Below are positions 14,173 to 28,235 of a stretch of 64,000 bases of DNA, piece after piece. The notes beneath the pieces are model-generated. The model was not told the origin of the DNA. It saw nothing but the letters and a program-made list of their open reading frames with translations, and made no database searches. The first letter of the stretch is position 1. Each line of letters begins with the position of its first letter. Source of the DNA: Octopus vulgaris (lineage: Eukaryota); NCBI GenBank assembly GCA_951406725.2, contig OX597823.1, positions 107,136,001 through 107,200,000 on the forward strand, read 5' to 3'. The translations under genes were made by a program, and so were the position numbers.

Positions 14173-14662
14173 AGGAAGGTGTGTACGTACACCGCAAAAA
14201 TATATGTATAAAAAATATATATAAAATGGGACAAGAACGCAAAACATTCAAATAGACGATACGAAAACGGACGGGTCATTCGAAGCCTCTAATCTTCAGT
14301 CAAGAACCGGAGCATCCTCGCAATTTCGGCTGATTAATCTTGAGATTGCTCCGATCTGGCCAGCCCCAAGGAAAAGCTAAGCTACGAGCATTAGATTTCT
14401 TGGAAAAAGGATCGAATGTATACGAAACAAGGACAGAAAAACGGACGATGTTACGCGAAAATAAATACAAAAAACAAAAAGTAATACGAATATAAATATA
14501 AATACAAAAAACAAAAAACAATAATAATAATAATAATAACAGGACAAAAACAACAGTGCCCCTTATTTTTGTCCTGCTATTATCATTATTATTGTTTTTG
14601 TTTTCGTATCGTCTATTTGAATGTTTTGCGTTCTTGTCCCATTTTATATATATTTTTTATAC

Positions 14663-14667
<5 letters not shown>
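14172..14667. mobile_element. Fold-back element in (TA)n with a 68-bp perfect inverted repeat (Penelope-like remnant)
   Basis: 14201-14268 is the exact reverse complement of 14600-14667. The interior is shared with 22790-22930. Confidence 0.7.
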
Positions 14668-14712
<45 letters not shown>

Positions 14713-15082
14713 GAGGGTACTACTATTCATAGATACCGCACGCTAGGAGGGGCCATTGCGGCCATAACTACTAAAATAAACAAACTGTACCGAATGCAAA
14801 ACTTCAAAGCAAGTCATTTAAAAAAAAGAATTTAGTTACATATCACTTGTGATATCGCAATTAATGCAGAATATGCATTCTATGCTCATCAGTGCAACAA
14901 ACTCAAGACATATAAGAAAAAACATAACATTACAAACCCGACAGCCAACCGTAGAATTCGTCGTAGCATGTACGAATGTTTATCTTTACATATCTATGAA
15001 AATGGCGGGCTTATTCGCAATGCATTTCGGTAACAAATTGCTTACTCGGAACAAAAGTTCAGTATTGAACTATTGAACTAAG

Positions 15083-15497
<415 letters not shown>

Positions 15498-15517
15498 ATA
15501 TATAACATATGTATATT

Positions 15518-15725
15518 CTTTACTACTCAAGGCTCAAGGCCCGAAATTTTGGGAGATGGACCCAGTCGATTAGATCGGCCCTAGTACACAACTTAATTTA
15601 TGGAAGCCGAAAAGATGAAAGGCAAAGTCGACCTCGGCGGAATTTGAACTCAGAACATAAAGACAGACGAAATAGCGCTATGCATTTCATCCGGTGTGCT
15701 AACGTTTCTGCCAGCTCGCCGCTTT
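15518..15725 (-). mobile_element. Family A SINE with TSD
   Basis: A/B boxes and core are present. There is a perfect 15-bp TSD taacatatgtatatt at 15503-15517 and 15726-15740. Confidence 0.9.
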
Positions 15726-17008
15726 TAACATATGTATATTAATACTCACTTCCTTTCGCTATTGTAACATCGGAACAGATTTTTCATCTTAACTCTTCGT
15801 CATGATGTAAATGTTTAGAAATTGTCTGCAATTCTGTTGGTTTTGACAAAAATCGCTCGTACAAGGAGGGACTGGGGATTACTCATATTGTAATCAGACC
15901 TGTGTCACAAACTAAGCTTGCCAGAAGCTCGTACGTCGTTAATAGGCAATTATCAAAATAACCGGATCATCTCCAGATAAAATTGAAATAAATGGAACAA
16001 AGTGTGAACTTAACAGACACAAATATACCGAAGAAAACACCAGTAAAACAAGGATCACGGAAGAAAATGCACTGGCTTAATGTAAAGACGTAGACTTCAG
16101 CGATGTGTAGTTTCAATCAGCTTTTCTTATAAACACGCAGGCCCCTTCGAAATAGCCTAGTCCTCACATCGAAAGGGCTATATACATTGAAAAAAGATCG
16201 AGCAAATTGCAATGTTTAATAAAATTACGATAGTTTTAAACTTTTTCAATTCAATTCCAACATGGCATGTGGATAAAAAAAATCTATAACGAGACAAAAT
16301 CTTTTGACTTCTCATTAATAAAGAACGATGCCTTTTATTTTTTGTTTCTCTCACTCATTGGGCTACTGCCATGCTGGGGCAGTGCATTAAAGATTTTAGT
16401 CGATAAAATCCAGTACTTATTTTAAAATCTCTTACTTATTCTATCGGTCGCTTAATGCTGAACCGATAATTCACATAGACGTAAACAAACCAACAGAGGC
16501 CGTCAAGTGGTGATGAAAACAAACACACACACACACACACCCGCACACACATGCACACCCCACCACATATATACAAGTGCTACGTTGACGCAAGTACTTG
16601 ACTGGTACATTATTCTATCAACCCCAAAACACAAAGCATACTCGGGCAGTACAATAAAAGATTCAAATTTTGGCAGCAAACCAGCAAATTGCCGCCTCAC
16701 CTATACGACATAATAATACCATCTAATAGTAAAGACCTTTTAAGTTTTTATTCTTTCTTGTACTTCACTGTTCTGCATCCATACTTCATCTATTACCATG
16801 ATATTTCCATTTCCCAAACCCATTGTGCTATTCACAAGCGCACAGTCACGCTCAGTAGTGCGTGGGTGCATACACGCACACACATACACACACAGATACA
16901 GACACACACACACACACACATACACACTCACCTGCATTCAAAAATACATTCTCACACTCTCAAACAGACTTACATGATAAATGAAATATATATATACACA
17001 TGCATATA

Positions 17009-17045
<37 letters not shown>

Positions 17046-17250
17046 GCATATATTTCATTATGTATATAATATATACACACACATACATATATCTCATTAA
17101 CCATATATATATATATATATACATACATACTATATTAAAAAGCAGCAGAAATATTACAAAAACTTTTACTCAGACTTTCACGTTCCCGTTCGGAGGTCAG
17201 TTTTGTTTCGCATTTATGTGCTTACTCCGGTATATATATATATATATATA

Positions 17251-18558
17251 TATAAACTTATATAAACTTAGATGTGTTTCGACCAATGATTGGTCCAGGC
17301 CATGTCTAACTTAATAGCACCACCTGATAGGATTATCTGAATCCTGTTTAAGTCAAGTTTTGCTTAAGTTTCATTCAAGTAGTGAGTTTTTGTTGGGTGA
17401 GTTGTATCCAATTATGGGTGGCTTATCTGGTATTCTTTGAAGGAATCTATCCAGACTCCGTTTAAAGTTGATGGGATCCTGTTCCTCTTTGATCTCTTTC
17501 GGGACAATGTTAAATAGGGCAGGGCCTGTTGAGGAAAAGAAATTATGTTGTAGTGTATATGTATGCTGTGATCTTGAATTGGGCAGGGGACGTATGGCCC
17601 GTGGTCTCAGTCTTGGATGAACCTTGAAGCTTATGTTCAGGTCGTTTGGGCAAAGTTGGCGGTATATTCTCCACATCGTACAAATGATGTACCGCTCACG
17701 GCGACGCTGGAGAGAGTAGAGTTTCAAGGCTTTAAGGCGATCCCAATAATCGAGAGCAGCCATGCCTTCAATTCGTTTAGTGAGTGCTCTCTGGGGTGAT
17801 TCAATCCTCGAGATGTTTTGTCTTGTATGGGGAGACCACAGTGGGCAGCAGTATTCGGGGTGTGGCCGTACAAAGGAGAAGAGTGGTATGGTGACACCTT
17901 GTTTTCTGGACCGGAAAGTTCTTAAGATCCAGGAACTCATCCTACGAGCTATATCGACCTTCTTGTTGATGTGTGCACTCCAACTGAGATCGTCATCAAC
18001 AATTACACCTAGGTCTCTGATGTTGTTAGAGGCTGTGAGCGGTTCCCCTGAAGGAAGAGAGTATGGCTGTTTTAGTGAGGAATTTCTTCCAAAATGCATC
18101 AGCTCAAATTTTCCCTCGTTCAGTTGCATTTTGTTTCTGTCTGCCCATTGACTCACAGCATATAGATCAGACTGGAGTTGAGTTCGGTCTGCTTCTTCAT
18201 TGGCGATTTGCTGGAGCTTGGTGTCATCAGCAAATATTTTCACTTTGCAGTAATGTACGACACTGGAAAGGTCGTTTATGTAGATTATGAAGAGTAGCGG
18301 ACCCAAGACAGTCCCCTGGGGGACACCGCTGGTGACTTTTGCTGGGATTGAGTGGACTCCATCAACTACAACATGTTGTGTTCTATTCACCAGGAAATAC
18401 TTCATCCAGTGTAGAACTTTTCCACGGATTCCAACATTTGCCAATTTTGAGAGTAGGATATTATGGTTTACCCTGTCGAACGCTTTACTGAAGTCAAGAT
18501 ATATGACATCAGAGTTCGAACCTGTTCCCAAGGCTTTGAGTACATCTTCAATGTGGTG
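17251..18558 (-). mobile_element. 5'-truncated CR1-group non-LTR retrotransposon (RT domain, C-terminus and 3' UTR)
   Basis: An uninterrupted frame of ~395 codons (stop at 17371) carries the RT motifs YLDFSKAFDRV, GVPQGTVLGPLLFIIYINDL, FADDTKL, RDLGV, VRPHPEYCCPLWSP and LQRRRERY. The 3' UTR ends in the stem-loop GACCAAT-C-ATTGGTC and a short (TAAGTTTATA)2 tail. The endonuclease domain is absent. Confidence 0.92.
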
Positions 18559-19010
18559 TATGTCTGTGTGTGAGCATGTGTGTATGCATGTGTGTGTGTG
18601 TGTGTGTGCTTGTGCGTGCGTGTTTGATAAAAAAGTTCCGCAGTTTTTATTTATATATTTAAAAGAGTGACACACTACAAGTTGCCTGGTTTCCATACCT
18701 GTTATACCCTCACTAGAGCTAAACTTTGTAATGCCTCATATGCCTTCTGAGATGTGATTCTTGCTTCGTATATCATCACTGTTCCTATTTAAGATTCAAA
18801 TCATGGTGCCATGTTTTGCGCTTTTGAAATATTTCGGTATTCATAGTTCATCAAGTAATTAGCATTTACTTTCAATAAGCACGGGATGTCACCGTCAGTG
18901 CAAAAAGAGCTGTAATTTTCGATTGCTTTTGGTTAGATTGTAGTGTCTTATTTTTTAGTTTGAAACCTATTATAATTATAGAATTATTACTGAGAGTGAT
19001 CATAGTGATA

Positions 19011-19136
<126 letters not shown>

Positions 19137-19269
19137 CAAAGCCATTCATCTTTTTTTTTCAGTTTACGAGAAGTAAATTTGACATGTACGTGTGTGCATG
19201 ATCTTGATTTACACACATATATCTTTACTTGAACCTGTGTGAACTCCACGTTGACAGGCCTCTGATATT

Positions 19270-19455
19270 GATTTTAAATTTTGGCACAAGGCCAGCAATT
19301 TCGGGTGAGGGATTAAGTCAATGACATGGACTCAACTGGTACTTATTTCATCGACCCCGAAAGGATAAGAAGCAAAGTCGATCTCGACTCAGAACGTATC
19401 TCGAACTCAAAACGTATTTTGCCCGGTGTTCAAACTATTCTGCCAGCTCACCGCC
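19270..19455 (-). mobile_element. Family A SINE with TSD
   Basis: Core and head match family A. A ~19-bp TSD ttgacagg(c/t)ctctgatatt lies at 19251-19269 and 19456-19474. Confidence 0.85.
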
Positions 19456-20417
19456 TTGACAGGTCTCTGATATTAGAATGAAATTTTAAACACTTATAGT
19501 ATGCAAATTAGTTGCTTTGGTTCTCTAGAACAACTGGTTTTGATGAGTATATAAACAGATAGCCTAATTGTTCCTCTAAGATTACGGAGATGTACTTGCA
19601 TAGCGAGTGACTTGATCTGAGATCGAGTGCTGGAACGAAAACAATTCCAGCGTGGAAGGTGTTTATAAGTCATTTAAGAAACACACAAAAACCGTTAGAT
19701 TCACTTCAACATTTAAGTTTAATTTGTCGAAATATTTTCATCGCTTTGAGACCGCGATCTTCCGCGCTGGAATTGTCCTCCAAGATTGTTCAGGTGATAT
19801 AAACACCTCTATTGCAATCCCAGTAAGGATCGAATATCGATTTAAGTAGTTCGTTATTTGTTTCAGTTTATGACGAAATAGTTAAATTTCTCATATTTGT
19901 ATTGCCACTACAGAGTAGAGGATTATACTATGAATAGACTATAGAAAACCATTAGGGAATTTCTATTCTTCAGTGTTGACTGGTTCCATGTATATTATAT
20001 AGACACACAACACAGTATACAGTTATACTAATTTACTTGAATATAAATAAATACTTGGTGTACACAGACACACATACACACACAAAGACTTATCAGTATA
20101 CACAAACACAAACAGACTCACACAAATATACACGTGTCATATATGTGAGGCTATATGGATAGATATATGAATTCGTCTGGCCTAACGGTTTAAATGAGTA
20201 AACCCTTCATTTCACGTTGTTTCAGACAACTACTTGTACTTACCTCAGTGTTTCTCGGTGTCAAGAGTAGGAGAGTCGAGAGACTGTGCACCTACTTGCA
20301 ACTTTATATGCACCTGAACCAATTGGCGAAAACGTTGTACATTCTATTAATTCTTATTCCTTTGTGAGTGATGGCTAAATTCTATGTATGTGTGTGTGTG
20401 TGTGTGTGTGTGTATAT

Positions 20418-20742
20418 ACACTCCGTCGGTTACGACGACGAGGGTTCCGGTTGATCCGAATCAACGGAACAACCTGCTCGTGAAATTAACGTGTAAGTGG
20501 CTGAGCACTCCACAGACACGTGTACCCTTAACGGGGATATTCAGCGTGACACAGAGAGTGACAAGGCCGGCCCTTTCAAATACAGGTACAACAGAAACAG
20601 GAAGTAAGAGTGAGAGAAAGTTGTGGTGAAAGAGTACAGCAGGGATCACCACCATCCCCTGCCGGAGCTTCGTGGAGCTTTAGGTGTTTTCGCTCAATAA
20701 ACACTCACAACGCCCGGTCTGGGAATCGAAACCGCGATCCTA
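20418..20742 (-). mobile_element. Chimeric SINE: family C body joined to a different 3' module
   Basis: ~20600-20742 aligns with family C (62440-62580), while 20418-20590 aligns with 40657-40790. Confidence 0.8.
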
Positions 20743-20743
20743 T

Positions 20744-20785
<42 letters not shown>

Positions 20786-20803
20786 AATACATACATACAT
20801 ACA

Positions 20804-20849
<46 letters not shown>

Positions 20850-20928
20850 CACATATATACATATATATTCGAATATTGTTGTGCGAACTCTGAAGCTATC
20901 TCTTTCTTTTCCTTGCTTCCCTTTTACA

Positions 20929-20966
<38 letters not shown>

Positions 20967-21881
20967 TCTCACTCATTCTCCTGCGTCTCCTCAGTCCCTC
21001 TTCCCTCCACAACTCTTTTACTCTCCTTCCAATATCCACGTGACCGGCGTCGACCTAGTACGGTGTCGCCCTTTTACGCCCTGCCTTTGACCAGACCAGT
21101 CACGACTGTCTCGGCTCCTCAACCTGTCTCTTAGCACATTCTGCATTTCCTCTTTGCGTTAACTCACATAAGTCTGTTCGATTGCCGATAGGCCTTTGTC
21201 TGTTGTATATGTATAATTATTCTTTTTCGATTGTATTTCTATAATTATTTATTGTTGGATACGTGCAATTGTTATATTATTTTAGTTGTCTTGTTTATTT
21301 TTGTCCTTGTCGTATACGTTCGTTAGCTATTTAAAGAAGCTTTCTGCTCTAGCGCTGCCAAGACGGAGTGAAATCAATGTTAACAGCGCGAAACCACTAG
21401 GATCACTTGGACATTGACTGATCAGGAATCAGCTACGAATTTTCCGTGTACTATGGTTTTGTCTAATTTTCCGCTTTTGTTAAATTTTCCCGTTTATTGT
21501 GTTATTTTTATTCAATCCTTGAAATGTGTGTGTGTGTTTGTGTGTGAGTGTCTATGTTTGTGATGTGTGTGAGTGTGTGTGTGTGTGTGTGTGTATGTTT
21601 TTAGATAGATAGACAGATAAATACATACACACATTCATACATATATAGATAGATACATACATTCATACATACATACATGTATCTTTATATGCATACACAT
21701 AAGCATATATATATGTATATATATGTATGTATCTATCTATGTTAATATGTATATATATATATGCATATATGTATATATGTATATATATATATGTATATAT
21801 ATATATGCATATATGTATATATGTATATATATATATGTATATATGTATATACATATGCATATATATATGTATATACATATA

Positions 21882-21931
<50 letters not shown>

Positions 21932-22198
21932 TATATATACATATATATAGACATATAAAGGGAGACACAGAAAAGCGCGGCGGCGCGCCACCACGGTTGG
22001 GCTCAATTTATGGCAGATCACTGATGATGTAAAATACATCATTGCGTAAAGTTTCGACGTGTTATGTAATTATTTCGATATTTCTGTGACACGCATGTGT
22101 ATCCTATGAGGCTTTGAATACCACTTCTGTTACCTGCTTATTATGTACGTGTGTGTGTGCGTATATATGTGTACGTATACATGCATACACACCCACAC

Positions 22199-22234
<36 letters not shown>

Positions 22235-22585
22235 GAAGTAGAAGACAATTAGTTTTAAATATCTGAGCACAAAGTAAGAGTACTACGGAGTAAAATGTAT
22301 TGCGAACGTAGAGTGGCAGTCCGATTAGCCCCAGGAAAACAACTATTCCAGCTGGCTACCGACGCACAACTGCGTCCTTATACCTCGAACAAGGAAGCTA
22401 ATGTTCCCACTCAGCCCTAAACGCTAATGCGGATCATGGTTTCTGAGTTATTTCCTTCATCGGCACAGGATACCCGTTGGCTAGAGATGGCAGCTCTAGG
22501 CTTTGTTAGAGTTATATACATTTAAAGTGATATACAGTCACTGATCACGTAAAGAGGAAAACGATTAGTTTTAAATCTCTGAGAT
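22235..22585 (-). mobile_element. ~316-nt unit with terminal direct repeat and hammerhead-like motif (retrozyme/pLTR-like)
   Basis: attagttttaaat(a/c)tctgag occurs at 22248 and 22564. A hammerhead-like motif lies at 22428-22467 (-). (TA)n flanks both sides. Confidence 0.55.
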
Positions 22586-22926
22586 TTTATATATATATAA
22601 AATTCTTTGTTTCACTGTTTCTCTGTTCCCTATGCATTCTCAAACGGCTCCACTAAATCAAATCAAATGTTACAAAGTAAAACTGTTACACCCCGCGAGT
22701 GTCAACATCATGTACTTTTATTTTCATTTGGATTAAAACAGTATAAAATTTTCTCGGAAATAATGTATATATATATATATATATATATTAAGGTATGTAG
22801 AAAAATACAACATGGACAAGAACGTATAACTCTTAGAAGACGATACAATAAACACGGACAGGACATTCGAAACCCTCAGTCTTCAGTCAAGAACCGGATC
22901 ATCGTAGTAATTTCGGCTGATTAATC

Positions 22927-22991
<65 letters not shown>

Positions 22992-22994
<3 letters not shown>

Positions 22995-23128
22995 CATTAT
23001 TTACATTATTTACATTTGAGAGATATTTGTCCTCATCTTGTTTGTTGTTGACACAACGTTTCGGCTGATATACCATCCAGCCTTCAGGTGTCATGGGGAA
23101 ATTTCGAACCAGGGTTCTCATTCCTAAG

Positions 23129-23130
<2 letters not shown>
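22992..23130 (-). mobile_element. Penelope pLTR-like element, minus copy, with minimal hammerhead relic at 23050-23092
   Basis: GACAC CTGA(---)A GGCTG gatggtatat CAGCC GAAA CG TT GTGTC: stems I and II are perfect, but the core has a 3-nt deletion. Confidence 0.7.
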
Positions 23131-23190
<60 letters not shown>

Positions 23191-23212
23191 GACTTGAATA
23201 ATAATAATGATG

Positions 23213-23270
<58 letters not shown>

Positions 23271-23272
<2 letters not shown>

Positions 23273-23414
23273 TCGAAAAACACCTGAGGAATGAGAACCA
23301 AGTTTCGAAATTACCCCAAGACACCTGATGAAGGCTGGAAGGTATATCAGCCGAAAGTTTGTTTAACAATAAACACGATGAGGACAAATATCTGTCAAAT
23401 GTAAATAATGTAAA
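23271..23414 (+). mobile_element. Penelope pLTR-like element, plus copy, with minimal hammerhead at 23321-23364
   Basis: ACAC CTGATGA A GGCTG gaaggtatat CAGCC GAAA GT TT GTTT: the core and stem II are intact and stem I is 3/4 paired. It is the inverted counterpart of 22992-23130. Confidence 0.75.
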
Positions 23415-23454
23415 CAACCTCATCTCTTAAATATAGAACTGCAATATATATATG

Positions 23455-23948
23455 TATGCATACAAACACACATACATACATACATACATACATACATACA
23501 TACAAACACACATACATACATACATACATACAAACACACATACATACATACATACATACATACATACATACATACATACATACATACATACATACATACA
23601 TACAAACACACATACATACATACATACATACAAACACACATACATACATACATACATACATACATACATACATACATACATACAAACACACATACATACA
23701 TACATACATACAAACACACATACATACATACATACATACATACATACATACATACATACATACATACATACATACATACATACAAACACACATACATACA
23801 TACATACATACAAACACACACACATACATACATACATACATACATACATACATACATACATACATACATACATACATACATACATACATACATACATACA
23901 TACATACATACATACATACATACATACATACATACATACATACATACA
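23455..23948. repeat. (CATA)n array with CAAA/CACA variants and a 180-bp higher-order duplication
   Basis: 23521-23640 is identical to 23701-23820. Confidence 0.9.
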
Positions 23949-24634
23949 AATATACAGTTTACGTACGAGTGTTCACAATTTCGATTAATTGAAAAAACCT
24001 AGTTGAATTAGCGTGCGAACTGGTCGAATGCTCTTCATTCACGTACACCATTTTAAATTTCTCTGACCGATCCAGCACGGTACAGGGTGCTAGAAATGCA
24101 CCTTCGAATTACAGGTACATTCCATCCGATTACAGCATCGACAGTTGCTCTCTACCTACGATTGTGACGGGGCTAAAGAAAAATCACTTGCACAATCTGC
24201 CACGCATTGGGATCAAATAAAAGATTTTCTGGTTGCGATGTCAACTTCTTAACTGCCCAACGGTCCGGTAAAAGAATAAGTACTATGCTTACAAAGAATA
24301 AGTCATGGTGTCAATTTGTTCGGCTAAAGGCGGTGCTCCAGCATGGCCGAAGTCAAATGACTGAAACAAGTAAAAGTAAAAAAATAGTAAAAGAATATAT
24401 ATATATGCATAAATCGTTTATTAGCTGAAATTGCTAACTTAGTGGCTCGAAATCTAGAGACTCGTGACAAGATATTTATATTTGATTAGCACGAAATTCT
24501 AAGCCATTTGAGTCACTCCTGTAGCTTTCTCAGCTTGATACGTGTATGTGTGTATGTGTGCATGTATGGTTGTGCGCGCACGTGTGTACATACACTCATA
24601 TATTCGTAAATATATGTGTGTATATATATATACC

Positions 24635-24864
24635 TATTTCTTTACTACCCACAGGGGGTTAAACACATAGAGGGCAAACAGGGACGGAAAAACGGATTAA
24701 GTCGATTATATCGACCCTAGTGCGTAACTGGTACTTATTTAATCAACCCCGAAAGGAAGAAAGGCAAAGTCGACCTCGGTGGAATTTGAACTCAGAACGT
24801 AGCGGCAGACGAAATACCGCTAAGCATTTCGCCCGGCGTGCTGACGTTTCTGCCAGCTCGCCGC
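24635..24864 (-). mobile_element. Family A SINE, full length
   Basis: A box, B box, core and tail as in 1301-1531. Confidence 0.9.
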
Positions 24865-24982
24865 TTTATATGTGTATATATATATCATACGCATACATAC
24901 CCACACACGGTGGGACACATGCATGCACACATACACACAAACACGCGCACGAATACACACACAAACACATACTCTCACACAG

Positions 24983-25258
24983 GTATGTATGTATGTATGT
25001 ATGTATGTATGTATTTATGTATGTATGTATGTATGTATGTATGTATGTATGTATGTATGTATGTATGTATGTATGAATGTATGTATGTATGTATGTATGA
25101 ATGTATGTATTTATGTATGTATGTATGTATGTATGTATGTATGTATGTATGTATGTATGTATGTATGTATGTATGTATGTATGTATGAATGTATGTATGT
25201 ATGTATGAATGTATGTATGTATGTATGTATGTATGTATGTATGTATTTATGTATGTAT
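24983..25258. repeat. (TATG)n microsatellite
   Basis: Seen directly in the sequence. Confidence 0.97.
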
Positions 25259-25466
25259 ACAGAAATGCAACTATGTGAAAACACGTACACGTGTGTTCTG
25301 CGTGTGTCTCCTGCACACGTACAGACAGAATAACAAATAAGACGGCAATCAAACACTCACACTTACACACACTAATGACATTTACTTACAGAGCTTGGAG
25401 AGGAAACTTAATCATACAATAGCCTTCGAGAACCGGCAGATAATTTCACACACACACACACACGCG

Positions 25467-25505
<39 letters not shown>

Positions 25506-25722
25506 GCGCGCACGGAAAACGCACACAGATACATAATTATGTAGACACATGGGTGTGTGGGTGGGGGTGCAACAACATACCACAATAAATATCGATCTTG
25601 GACTCTTTTGATATAAATTTCGGTTTTCAGAATTTTAATTGGAATATTGATTTTCTTTTATGCCACAACCTTTTGTGTGTGTATGTGCGCGAGTGAGCGT
25701 CTTCTTTCTGTGTGTGTGTGTG

Positions 25723-25763
<41 letters not shown>

Positions 25764-25917
25764 TGTATGTATATACAAACATATATGTATTTATATATGT
25801 GTTTGTGTATATATATATATATATATTTAAATATATAATATATACATATGTATATATATATATATATGTATATATATACATATTTTCTATATATACATAC
25901 ATGCATACATACATACA

Positions 25918-26010
<93 letters not shown>

Positions 26011-26633
26011 TTATGTGTGTATGTGTGTATGTATGTATGTATGTATGTATGTATATGTATGTATGTATGTACGAATATATTCAGAAGAAATAAGTTTCAC
26101 GTATATAGGATATATGAAATTTTATACAATACCTACCTACATCTATATCTATCTATACCCACCACTTCCATCCCCGACAATCACACACATACAGACATAT
26201 TGACACACATATGTACAATATAGCTGCATATGTATAGATGTGTGTGCGTGCACACACATACAAACACACACACACACACATATATATATATAAATGTGTG
26301 TGTATGGATGTAAATATATTCGTACACAGGCGCACACACACACACATATACATACATATATATGTATATACATGTGACTATGAGGAGGTTTTCACAAACA
26401 AAAGTAGGTTTTTCATTTTCAACAATAATTCGTTTATTTTTATTAAAATATTTTATATTATGCTTTCAATTGAAATATGAAAGAAATTTAGCGATTGTAA
26501 ACAAAACTGTAACTAATTGATATCGTGTGAAGCTGTTAGACAAGCTGGCAGACAGACCGTTGTATAGACAGGTACTGTTGTGTGTGTGTGTATCTATCTA
26601 TCCATCTATCTATCTGTCTATCTGTCTGTCTAC

Positions 26634-26791
<158 letters not shown>

Positions 26792-27459
26792 ATGTATATG
26801 TATATTTATATATATATGTATATGTATATGTATATGCATATATATATATATATTGATACATACATATATATAAATATATGTATATGTATATATGTGTGTG
26901 TATATATGTTTATATTCATATAATGTATAGCTACATAAATTTTAATATATACTTGTATCCATACATAGTCACACACACATATGTATATGTATATCCATAT
27001 TGTGTACATATATATGCATAGCTGTATAAATATGTGTAGACAGATAAACTGACTGACCTACAGACGGGTATGACAATGTGGCAAAGTATGTTAATATATA
27101 CACGTTTGTTTCATATGTAGAAGATATTATGATGTATATAATATAATCCACACGCACGAACATATATACTAACACACACACACGCACGCACTCATATAAG
27201 AGCACTTGACAGTGAACAAAATGAAAGAGAGTGCTCAATACTGAATGTAGGTCATGTTATGTACAGGAGTGTGATCACTAAAGTTTTCACTTCGTGTTTC
27301 TCGTTTCCAATCTTCGGACGAAGTTTCCAGCAACCACTATAACATGTGTGTTTGTGGGGGTGGGGTGCATGTTTGTTTGTTTGTTTGTGTATGTGTGTAT
27401 ACTTGGATGTGTGCGTGCGCGTGCGTGATCGTACTGAGAAGGCGGAGGATATGTATGGA

Positions 27460-27560
27460 TAGATTGATTGATTGACTGATTGATTGATTGATTGATAGAT
27501 AGGTACATAGAGACATAGATAGATAAATAGATAGGCAGACAGACAGACAGACAGACAGAC

Positions 27561-27655
<95 letters not shown>

Positions 27656-27661
27656 GAAGAT

Positions 27662-27747
<86 letters not shown>

Positions 27748-27862
27748 ACAGACAGGCAGATAGACATATAGATACATACATACATACATACATACATACA
27801 TACATACATACATACATACATACATACATACATACATACATACATACATACATACATACATA
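27460..27862. repeat. Compound (GATT)n-(GACA)n-(GATA)n-(CATA)n microsatellite
   Basis: Seen directly in the sequence. Confidence 0.95.
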
Positions 27863-28077
27863 CAGTGTTGTGATAGCGAGTGGCTACCATATGGCCGCTT
27901 GCTATATCATTCAAGGTACGGTCTTCTCATATACACGGTGCGCTTATATGCGTATGCATACATGTGTGCGTATACACACACGCACGCACGCACTCACACA
28001 CATGTATTATATTGATGAAGGAATATTTGAAAATGAATATTTCACTCACACACATACACACAAACATATGTATATGT

Positions 28078-28151
<74 letters not shown>

Positions 28152-28165
28152 CATATATATATATA

Positions 28166-28235
<70 letters not shown>

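Noticed and set aside
18559-18696. N-terminal extension (METRQ...HTHTHT) of the 441-aa RT ORF
   Set aside because: Chance read-through from flanking DNA and a (CA)n-like tract. LINE homology begins near HHIEDVL.
22021-22045. CTGATGA as a hammerhead core (also at 11174, 29768 and 63968)
   Set aside because: No stem II closed by GAAA or stem I/III in the right geometry. The last one is cut by the window edge.
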